Shown: piece by piece, positions 19,739-27,600 of the stretch | Position numbering within the stretch: the stretch's first letter is position 1 | Layout: the number at the start of each line of letters is the position of its first letter | DNA from: Flavobacteriales bacterium | GTDB lineage: Bacteria > Bacteroidota > Bacteroidia > Flavobacteriales_D > UBA2798 | DNA: 38,905 nucleotides | Direction: 5' to 3' | Assembly (NCBI GenBank): GCA_044360245.1 | Contig: JBIKKU010000003.1 | Location: 1-38,905, forward strand | The notes under the pieces: generated by a model | The model's database searches: none | The model's input: only the letters and a program-made list of their open reading frames with translations | What the model was told of the DNA's origin: nothing | Translations under genes and position numbers: made by a program

Positions 19739-21262
19739 ATGAAATCACTCCTCTGCTCTATTTTATTTTTTCTTGCCCCTGTTTTTCTTTTTGCTCAAGA
19801 ACGTGAATTGATTCGTTTAGGTGAAGAGAGCGTACAATCGCAAGGTCACGATTTAAGGATTTTATCCATTTGGAAAGCAGAGAACGGACATACATACGTT
19901 TTAAGAGGTAATTACCGCGGCGACGCAACACGGTATACTTTGGAAGTATTCAATAAAGAAATGAAAAGCTACGCTTACCACCCAACCCGATTTGAAGTGG
20001 GAGAAAGCGATAAGTTCTTTTTTGTAGAAGCTCCTGTACTCAATGGCATTCCGTATTTGATTTGCTCCAAATACATTGCCGCTCAAAAGAAACATTTGCT
20101 AATTGCCTATGAATACGATGAAAACGGCATTCATTCCGAAAAAGGACGAGAACTGTTTTCCATTCCGGCTTTCAATCCCAACAACTGTGGGAAATACCGC
20201 ATGAACCTTTCGGCAAATAAAAACTTTGCTGCAGTCAACGTCGATTATCCATCCGATAAAACCAAAAACGAAAGCATTCAACTTATTCGTTTTGATGCGC
20301 AATTGGAAATCACCTGGAAAAAAGAATACACCTTCGAAACCATTTCGCGTGCCAATCCGGTAAATATTCCCTTGGTGAACGATAAAGGCGATGTGTTTGT
20401 CATCAAAAAAGATTTCAATAAAACGAATTATAAATTCCAGATCCTTTGCGTGGATGGCAGCATCGGAAACATTATCGCAAAACCCATCAATGTAAACGGA
20501 GTATTCATTTCCGACATCCGCGGAGGAATCACCACTGAAGGAAAATTAGCCTTGGCCGGATTTTATTCTTCCATTGGCTATACCGAATATGAAGGTATGT
20601 TCTATTTCGCTTTCGATGCCTCAGGAAATACTGTGGCAAAACACCATGAAACTTTGCCGGTGGAACTGTTGGCGCAGTTCATCGGAAAAAAAGAAGCAAG
20701 CAAAGAAAAAGCAAGCATTCCGGGATTTTTATTGCAGCATTTGGTCCCCACACAAGATGGCGGAATGATTGCCATGGCAGAAAAAACAGCGAACGTTACA
20801 GAAGGTGAAAAAGAAAAACACGAATACGGAGATCTGCTTGTAATGAGCATGGATAATTCAGGAAATATTCGTTGGTCACAAAACGTCAGCAAAAAACAAA
20901 ACTCTATCAACGATCGTGCGCTTTGGAGTTCTTACAATTACTGGATGCACAACGACACCTTAAACATCCTCTATAATAAAGTGGATTTGGATGAAAGCAT
21001 TTCCAAAACCGGAAAACGCAAAAAAGTGGATGAGTTTGGTGAATTTTCGTTTGCAGGAACCATGCATGTGATGATTACACCAAAGGGACAAATGACAAGC
21101 ACTCCTTTAACAGCAATGCACCGTAAACACACCTTGCCCATGGCTATGGATCCGGATATGGTTTACCAGGACCGGGAGGGTGCGGTGTATTTCTTGATAG
21201 AAGATTATGTTGGAAAAATTCACCGTTTGGGTGTTCTGAATTTTTTCAGCCCCGGCAAATAA
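19739..21262 (+). CDS. Secreted hypothetical protein, probably beta-propeller-rich
   Basis: 507-aa ORF with a signal peptide (LFAQ) and repeated short beta-strand motifs (FDASGN, MDNSGNIRW). Confidence 0.75.
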   Translation: MKSLLCSILFFLAPVFLFAQERELIRLGEESVQSQGHDLRILSIWKAENGHTYVLRGNYRGDATRYTLEVFNKEMKSYAYHPTRFEVGESDKFFFVEAPVLNGIPYLICSKYIAAQKKHLLIAYEYDENGIHSEKGRELFSIPAFNPNNCGKYRMNLSANKNFAAVNVDYPSDKTKNESIQLIRFDAQLEITWKKEYTFETISRANPVNIPLVNDKGDVFVIKKDFNKTNYKFQILCVDGSIGNIIAKPINVNGVFISDIRGGITTEGKLALAGFYSSIGYTEYEGMFYFAFDASGNTVAKHHETLPVELLAQFIGKKEASKEKASIPGFLLQHLVPTQDGGMIAMAEKTANVTEGEKEKHEYGDLLVMSMDNSGNIRWSQNVSKKQNSINDRALWSSYNYWMHNDTLNILYNKVDLDESISKTGKRKKVDEFGEFSFAGTMHVMITPKGQMTSTPLTAMHRKHTLPMAMDPDMVYQDREGAVYFLIEDYVGKIHRLGVLNFFSPGK

Positions 21263-22066
21263 TTATTTTTCCTTTAGCACATTTTTAATCTGACGGATCT
21301 CTTTTTGGAGGTTCATCACTACGCTCGATAAATCGTCTTTTTCCAATTTCGGATCAGGCAATTCGCTCGAAATAAAATTCACGAATTTCCATACTTCCAG
21401 CACATCGCGAATGTCCACCTCGTAAGGTTCATACAATGGATTGGTAGAAACAAGTTGCAGGCTTTTATTCTCTTTGATTTTATTATAGACAATCTTGAAA
21501 ACGATACCGTCGTCTTTGGTAACCAAAATATAAGGATATCCACTTTTCAGGGTATTCCAGTTCTGCACATATTCGCCGGTCACGAATGAACCTGAAGCAA
21601 CAGGAGGCATGCTATCGCCATTAATGGTAAAGGTTCGGTATTTTTTATCGCGCGATAAAAAAGGCAAATTGAAAGTTGGCAATACTTTAATAAAATCCGG
21701 ATCGGAGTATCCTGCCATATACCCTGCGCGTGCTTTTTCGGGAACGAGTTCGATGTTTTCAATATCATCTGCATTTACAGTGGTAGCCAACACCCGCAAA
21801 CGATTGCCGCTAAGGTCGATGTCGTATCCCTTTTCAATTTCTTCCAATTGAGCTTCCGAAAGTTGAGATAAATCTGTTTTCAAAAGTTTATCCAAACTCA
21901 CCTTAAAGAAATTCGAAATCCTCACCAAAGCAGTAAAGTTCGGTTCAGCTGTACCATTCTCATACCCACTCAAAGATGAACGCGTTACATCCAGTTTCCC
22001 GGCCATTTCCTCCTGAGAGAGATCCCTGCGCAATCGAAGCAATTTCAGATTCGGCGCAAAATACAT
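21263..22066 (-). CDS. XRE-family HTH + peptidase S24 (LexA/CI-like) transcriptional regulator
   Basis: N-terminal NLKLLR...LSQEEMAGKLDVTRSSLSGYENG, KARAGY (candidate A-G cleavage site), catalytic GDSMPP and VFKIV. Start placed at the ATG at 22066; 22087 and 22105 are alternatives. Confidence 0.9.
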   Translation of the reverse strand: MYFAPNLKLLRLRRDLSQEEMAGKLDVTRSSLSGYENGTAEPNFTALVRISNFFKVSLDKLLKTDLSQLSEAQLEEIEKGYDIDLSGNRLRVLATTVNADDIENIELVPEKARAGYMAGYSDPDFIKVLPTFNLPFLSRDKKYRTFTINGDSMPPVASGSFVTGEYVQNWNTLKSGYPYILVTKDDGIVFKIVYNKIKENKSLQLVSTNPLYEPYEVDIRDVLEVWKFVNFISSELPDPKLEKDDLSSVVMNLQKEIRQIKNVLKEK

Positions 22067-22083
22067 GTCGATATTTTTGGCAG

Positions 22084-22108
22084 TCATTGACAGAATTTTT
22101 GTCAATGA
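22084..22108. promoter_or_regulatory. Candidate operator palindrome TCATTGACA-N7-TGTCAATGA
   Basis: Perfect 9-bp inverted repeat, 17 nt upstream of the preferred start codon of the XRE/S24 gene. Confidence 0.5.
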
Positions 22109-22198
22109 TACTATGTTTTTCGAACAAATGCAAATTCGGAGAGAAAGGATTCAACGCTGAGGCTGTTAAAAGGGAAATGGGAATTCGTGCACAATCCC

Positions 22199-22223
22199 GG
22201 TGCCTGAGGCTCTCGAAGGCACC
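22199..22223. repeat. REP-like short palindrome GGTGCC-TGAGGCTCTCGAA-GGCACC
   Basis: 6-bp terminal stem around a CTGAG..TCGAAG core. A possible degenerate copy (ctgaggctgttaaaagg) lies near 22157-22173. Confidence 0.5.
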
Positions 22224-22351
22224 ACTAAGATACAAAGCACACTCAGGTACACTGAGGGTGATTTAAAAAGGGAAGATGGTATTATGGAATAAGTGCACGA
22301 AGTCTAATGTCTGAGGTCTTTCTGTCTTTTATCTTTAATCCCAAACCCTTA

Positions 22352-22506
22352 GCGCGCTATACCGGAATTCGACGAAGGAGAATTCGCGGTATCGGAATGC
22401 AGGGAGGGCGCATGGAAAAACTATTGTAGTTGGTTTAAACAGCCCACGCACACATCCGATCCCGAGAAATACCTCATGCTTCGGCATTTCCGGGATAGCG
22501 CACGGT
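22352..22506. repeat. REP-doublet (REPIN/MITE-like) element, copy 1
   Basis: Terminal inverted repeats GCGCTATACCGGAA...TTCCGGGATAGCGC. Each arm is itself a hairpin. Near-identical to 22543-22700. Confidence 0.8.
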
Positions 22507-22542
22507 TGGTGAGATTTGTTCCATAAAAATTAATCCCCCCTT

Positions 22543-22700
22543 GCGCGCTATACCGGAATTCGACGAAGGAGAATTCGCGGTATCGGAATGCAGGGAGGGC
22601 ACATGGATATACAAATTGAAGTTGGTTGAAAAAAAGCCCACGCACACATCCGATCCCGCGAAATACCTCATGCTTCGGCATTTCCGGGATAGCGCACGGT
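22543..22700. repeat. REP-doublet (REPIN/MITE-like) element, copy 2
   Basis: Direct repeat of 22352-22506 at a 191-bp period. The arms are almost identical and the central ~30 nt have diverged. Confidence 0.8.
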
Positions 22701-22781
22701 AAATTCAAATTTTCTTCGCCGAATTGTAAGAATGAAATCATATTGATTTCTTTCTTTTTTTCATGCTCAATAAACTTGCAT

Positions 22782-23123
22782 ATGCAAGAATCAGACTCCC
22801 GAATTTTTACGATTTATTTATTGACGAATAAATCAAAGACTGTTTTTTATTGTGGACGCACCGGCAACTTAGCCAAAAGATTAATCTATCATTATTTCAC
22901 TTGGAAGTATAAACTCAAAAACACTTTTGTTGCACAATATAATGTCATCTATTTAGTATACTTCGAAGAAGTAATAGGATTCAAAAATTCCTTAAGGAGA
23001 GAAGCTTTGGTAAAAAAAATGTCAAGGGCATTAAAGAGGAAGATGATTGAAAAAGAAAATCCCGATTATAGCTTCCTGAATAAAACCATTACAGATTGGC
23101 CTCTGAAGACTCCCCTTATTTAG
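22782..23123 (+). CDS. Small stand-alone GIY-YIG nuclease family protein (113 aa)
   Basis: FTIYLLTN...FYCGRTGNLAKRLIYH...YNVIYLVYFE...RREALVKKMSRALKRKMIEKENP retains the GIY/YIG-like strands and conserved Arg, His, Glu and Asn. ATG at 22782 is preceded by TAAACTTG. Visibly AT-richer than the flanking genes. Confidence 0.85.
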   Translation: MQESDSRIFTIYLLTNKSKTVFYCGRTGNLAKRLIYHYFTWKYKLKNTFVAQYNVIYLVYFEEVIGFKNSLRREALVKKMSRALKRKMIEKENPDYSFLNKTITDWPLKTPLI

Positions 23124-23231
23124 CTACATGCAATAATAAAGATTCCAAAAAGCAAAAAAAACCACCAACTAACATTTCCAATTTCCCTTCAAAAAAAATA
23201 GCTTCAAAATGTTTGCAAATCCTGTGCAAAT

Positions 23232-23258
23232 AAAAAAGGAGCACGATTGCGCTCCTTT
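23232..23258 (-). terminator. Intrinsic terminator (probably bidirectional)
   Basis: Minus-strand AAAGGAGCGC-AAUC-GUGCUCCUUU-UUU. Confidence 0.7.
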
Positions 23259-23278
23259 GTTATTTTGATTTTAAATAC

Positions 23279-23291
23279 CCTCGTCAAGATT
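23279..23291 (-). repeat. Duplicated tRNA-Arg 3' segment (att-like direct repeat)
   Basis: cctcgtcaagatt is identical to 23446-23458 (acceptor 3' strand plus T-arm of the tRNA). Confidence 0.7.
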
Positions 23292-23346
23292 AAAGCTCTT
23301 TCCTTGCCCGAAGTCGAAAAGAAAATAACGGCCCTTTACAGGTCCG

Positions 23347-23410
23347 ATTTTTATTGTCCCCCAAACAGATTTTAAGCGGGGCTTAAATCAGTTTGGGGGA
23401 TAATAAAAAT
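23347..23410. repeat. 64-bp near-perfect palindrome downstream of tRNA-Arg
   Basis: ATTTTTATTGTCCCCCAAACAGATTTTAAGC-GGG-GCTTAAATCAGTTTGGGGGATAATAAAAAT: ~30-bp arms with two mismatches and one bulge. Confidence 0.8.
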
Positions 23411-23432
23411 ACCCGGCATAGCCGGGTATTTT
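23406..23432 (-). terminator. Intrinsic terminator immediately downstream of tRNA-Arg
   Basis: aaaatacccggc-ata-gccgggtatttt perfect hairpin with A and T tracts. Confidence 0.75.
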
Positions 23433-23442
23433 CTTTCTTTAG

Positions 23443-23516
23443 TGACCTCGTCAAGATTCAAACTTGAAACCTTCTGATCCGTAGTCAGATGCTCTATTCA
23501 GTTGAGCTACGAGGCC
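23443..23516 (-). tRNA. tRNA-Arg (anticodon ACG)
   Basis: GGCCTCG acceptor pairing with CGAGGTC, D arm TAGCTCAACTGAATAGAGC, anticodon arm TCTGA-CTACGGA-TCAGA and T arm TCAAG-TTTGAAT-CTTGA. CCA is not encoded. Confidence 0.95.
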
Positions 23517-23534
23517 TTTTTGTAATTCAGGGTG

Positions 23535-23542
23535 CAAATATA
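23535..23542 (-). promoter_or_regulatory. -7 promoter element (TATATTTG) for tRNA-Arg
   Basis: Exact TAnnTTTG match, 18 nt upstream of the tRNA 5' end. Confidence 0.6.
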
Positions 23543-23551
23543 AACTTTTTT

Positions 23552-24334
23552 TTATTCAGCGTACTTTTTTATTTCAGGAAGGAAGGATTTTATGTCCGCA
23601 ATGCGGGTTTCATCGCTGGGATGGGTGCTGAGGAGCTCGGGAGGGGACTGACCACCAGTTTTCGACATTTTCTCCCAGAAATCAATGGCTTTGGCGGGAT
23701 TAAAGCCTGCGAGGTACATGAAAACCAAGCCCATTTTATCGGCTTCGGATTCGTGATTGCGCGAATATTTTAGCATCCCCAGGGTGGAGGCCAAACCGTA
23801 AGATTGATAGAAAATATTGCGCTTGGCAGGGTCGGCCATGACACCTCCAAGGGTTTGTCCGAGGCCCTGTACGGCAAAGGCCTGACTCATCCTTTCGTTA
23901 CCGTGACGCGCAACGGCATGGGCTATTTCGTGTCCCATCACCACGGCAAGCGAGCTATCGTCGGCGGCGAGGGGAAGGATTCCGGTGTACACCACTACTT
24001 TACCGCCGGGCATGCACCAGGCATTTACAGTGGGATCGTCAACGGTGTTGAATTCCCATGAAAATCCTTCGATGCGTTCGCTGGCATTTTGCTTTTTGAG
24101 GAAGGTGGCAATGGAGACTGCGATTTTTTGTCCCACACGCTCTACCCTTACACTCCGCGGATCGGATTTAGGAAGGACTTTGGCGGTAGATAAAAAGTCG
24201 CGGTAGGCGGTATCTGCCATGGCTATCAATTGCGATTCGGGAAAGAGTCGCATTTGTTTGCGGTTGGTTATGGGAACGCGAAAACAAGAGACCAGCACGA
24301 TACCGGTCAGTATGGCAAACAGAATGTGTTTCAT
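23552..24334 (-). CDS. M48 family zinc metallopeptidase, lipoprotein (LoiP/Oma1-like)
   Basis: Lipobox VLVSC, NAWCMPGGKVVVYTG, HEIAH, YSRNHESEADKMG and LSTHP. Confidence 0.93.
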   Translation of the reverse strand: MKHILFAILTGIVLVSCFRVPITNRKQMRLFPESQLIAMADTAYRDFLSTAKVLPKSDPRSVRVERVGQKIAVSIATFLKKQNASERIEGFSWEFNTVDDPTVNAWCMPGGKVVVYTGILPLAADDSSLAVVMGHEIAHAVARHGNERMSQAFAVQGLGQTLGGVMADPAKRNIFYQSYGLASTLGMLKYSRNHESEADKMGLVFMYLAGFNPAKAIDFWEKMSKTGGQSPPELLSTHPSDETRIADIKSFLPEIKKYAE

Positions 24335-24335
24335 G

Positions 24336-24635
24336 TTAGTGGATTTCCGCTGAAAGTCCGAGTTCCAGCATTTTTGTACAAATGGGTTCGAGGTCGGAAT
24401 ATGCTCCGCTTTTCACCGGACATTTCCCGTTGAAATGCACAATGTATGCGCATTGTTCGGCTTGGATGGGATCTTGCTTGCAATATTTTACCAGCGTTTC
24501 AATGACAAAATCAAACGTATTGAAATCGTCATTGAACAATACAATGGAATGACGCGGTGCTGTTTCTTCCAAAACGGCTACTTCTTCTTCGGTTTCCCAG
24601 GCAGGAGAATGATCAAAAATCAATTGCTTATTCAT
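24336..24635 (-). CDS. clpS: ATP-dependent Clp protease adaptor ClpS
   Basis: IVLFNDDFNTFDFVIETL...QAEQCAYIVHFNGKCPVKSG. The ATG at 24635 overlaps the end of the upstream giant gene. Confidence 0.92.
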   Translation of the reverse strand: MNKQLIFDHSPAWETEEEVAVLEETAPRHSIVLFNDDFNTFDFVIETLVKYCKQDPIQAEQCAYIVHFNGKCPVKSGAYSDLEPICTKMLELGLSAEIH

Positions 24636-27600
24636 ACACAATCTTCATTGCTTCCGACAAAGTTATCTCTTTTCCGTCTTTAATTGCAATAACACGCACA
24701 GAAGATAATCCTGCGGCAACCAAACGTGCTTTTAATTTAAGTGCAGCATCGATATCGCCATAACATTCAAAATAAGCCACGGTAAAGCCATCTTCACGGG
24801 TTGTGGTTCTCACATTTACATCCGGCATGTCGGCCAATACTTCTTTTACTTCATCAGGCATATCACCTTTGAATTCGGCTGCGATGACATTGAATCGCAA
24901 TCCTGCAGTAAAGGCTTCGGAAATGGAAATTTCGCGGTCGCCGGAGAATGCTACAATGCGCACGGTTGACAATCCCTCGGAGATAAAATGCGCTTTCATT
25001 TTTAATGCCTCATCATAAGAATCTCCATCGAGCACATAATACACAATAGAACCATCCGGCATTTTTTTACGCTTCACTCCTTTGTCGTAATTGTTCAGGT
25101 ACACCTCGGTTGCTTCCGGTGGAACTTCACCAATGAATTCTCCGATATACACCTGGAACCTCACGCCCGGTGCGGTTTTCAAATCGGTTTTGCTGCTCGA
25201 CGCAACATTGCCCGGAAGTTTTTCCGATGCATAAGCGGTAGTTAATCCTTTGTTCTTGAATTTATCGGCAATGTTCAAAGCCTCGGTGCGCGTAGGAATT
25301 CCGTCGATGTAGTACACGGTTTTTCCATCCGCTAAGGTGGCTTTGCGAATTCCCTGATTCACATTGGCAAGATAAATCTCTGCATCTTTCACCGGAACTT
25401 CTTTTTCGTAAACGCCCAATACTACTTTGAATCCGGGTGTTTCTGTATTATTCTGAGTGTTGTTCTGATTGTTGTTATTCTGGTTGTTGTTCTGGTTGTT
25501 ATTATTCTGGTTGTTGTTCTGATTGTTGTTCTGGTTGTTGTTCAGATTATTGTTTTGGTTATTATTTTGGTTGTTGTTCGACAACTGATTGTTTCCACCT
25601 GAAGTAATGAGGTTCGCATTTTGCACGAACACACTGTTTCCATACTTGGCAATGGAATCGCGCGCTTGTGCAACCGTGATGCGTTTTCCGTTCATGTAGG
25701 CTGTAACAAATGCATCCTGCACACCAATGTTGCGCACTTCATCGCGACGCACAATGGCTTTGTCAACATCCGTGAAAATTCCTGTTGTATAGCGCACTTG
25801 ATTGTTGGCTGTACGTTCTGAGTTCAGCGGATTGATGTTGAAGATATTATCCGGACTCACCGGTTTGGAATACACACCCACCTGAACAGTGAAGAACAAT
25901 CCGGCAATCACTTCCACCTGATTGGCCTTGGCAGCACCCGGCACCGATGTATAATAATTGGTCGCCGCACTATCTACACGGAAATTATTGACGTATGTCT
26001 GGTTGTTGTTCTGATTGTTGTTTTGATTGTTGTTTTGATTGTTATTCTGATTATTGTTTTGGTTATTGTTCTGATTATTGTTTTGGTTATTGTTCTGATT
26101 GTTGTTTTGGTTATTGTTCTGATTGTTGTTTTGGTTATTGTTTTGGTTATTGTTTTGATTCACGGCAATTCCACCATTGAGTTCTGCCATTGCTTCATAC
26201 AACGGAATTCGTTTTCCGTCTTTGAAAGCAACCACGAAAGCATCTTCGTAACCCATTCCGCGAATTTCTTTTTTGGCATTATCAGCATTCGGGAAATCGG
26301 TAAAATAACCAACGGTATAGCGCGTTAAACCATTGGCGGTGCGCTCTCCGGTGATAGGAGCAAATTCTTTAAAGGTTTCATTCGGAATAGGATTGCGGAA
26401 AGCTCCAACCTGAACTTTGAAATAAATTCCTTTAGGAAGCGGTGGGTCAACCGGAATTGGATTGGCTGCATTGTACACTGCTTTGTTGTCGGTTTTTGCA
26501 AAAATTTGTGTCTCTACGCGCTCCGGAACGGTGTACTTACGTGCAATTTCTTCGGGAGAAAGTGTTTTGATTTCCTGTGCCTGAACACTGGTGTTGTTGT
26601 TGCTCGAAACATTGTTGGCCAATGCATTTTCGGGTTGTGGTAAATTTCCATTGGCGGTTACATCACGAATATCTCGTGCTTTCTGCGGATCGATGGATGC
26701 CAGGTAATTGTCGACTCTGGTATTTCCGTTGTTGGCCTCATTGCGCAGGTTAGCAGCAGCGCGGTTGAGCGAATCCTGACGACGCTCCATGGTAATGGCC
26801 TTACGTTCGAGGTCGGATGCCTGCGTGAGTAAAATGTTTTTACGGGTATTGTCGGTTTCCTGATTGGCTTTTGCACGCACATCCTGCACTTCTTTGCGCA
26901 TGTTGGCGGCAATTTCTTTTTGTCGCGATGCCTCATTCTCTGCGTTTACCGCACGGTTTTCTTTGTTGTTGGCATCGGTCTTTAAATTATAGAACTGTGC
27001 ATATTCGGAAGTCTTCACCACCTCTGTCTGTTTTTCTTTGAGACGTTGCTGCTCTTCTTCCTTGCGACGTTGTTCCGCAATCAGGTCATCTTCTTTTCGC
27101 TTCACCTCATTGGCTCTTGCCAAGGTTTCGTTTTGTTGTTGACGCAATTGTTCGGCTTCTTTGCGCTTGTTGGCCGCATCATCCAAAATGGCTTGACGGT
27201 ATTTCTTTTTCACGGTAGTCGCCGAATCTTCAAGCGTTTTGGCGCGTTCATCCAATTCAGCGGCGCGACGTTCCAATGCAGTTGCTTCATTGAAATACTT
27301 CGTGGACTCAAGATTATTTGGGTCTATGGTAGTGTTGTTATTGGCCGTGGTATTGTTTTGGTTATTGTTCTGATTATTGTTCGTTTGATTCGTATTCTGG
27401 TTGTTCTGGTTGTTATTTTGATTATTGTTCTGATTGTTGTTTTGGTTGTTGTTCTGATTGGTATTTCCGGAATTCTGCACAATGACAAATTCACCAAGAA
27501 GAATTTCAAGAATGTCTTCAGCCTCTGCCAGGTGCTGGTTTCCACGTTTTTCTAATGCATTCGCTTCTTTGAGCAATTCATTTTTCTTGACCTTATCTTT

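Noticed and set aside
22352-22700. Possible CRISPR array
   Set aside because: Only two long (~155 bp) units, whose central segments are homologous rather than unique spacers. No cas genes in the window.
22626-22781. N-terminal extension of the GIY-YIG ORF given in the ORF track (165 aa)
   Set aside because: It runs through repeat copy 2 from a TTG start. The domain begins right after the ATG at 22782.
23347-23410. Integron attC site
   Set aside because: No RYYYAAC...GTTRRRY ends, no cassette array and no integrase.
23455-23465. tRNA pseudogene because the T-loop reads TTTGAAT instead of TTCGAAT
   Set aside because: All four stems pair and both a promoter and a terminator are present. One T-loop change is not enough to call it defective.
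21263-23516. Prophage or large genomic island at tRNA-Arg (CI-like repressor near a tRNA)
   Set aside because: No integrase, structural or replication genes. The only tRNA-end duplication seen is 167 bp away and excludes the repressor and the nuclease.
25995-26328. Cys-rich (CCFD/YCSD) and Val/Ile/Leu-rich ORFs on the + strand
   Set aside because: These are antisense shadows of the NNNQ repeat in the giant gene.
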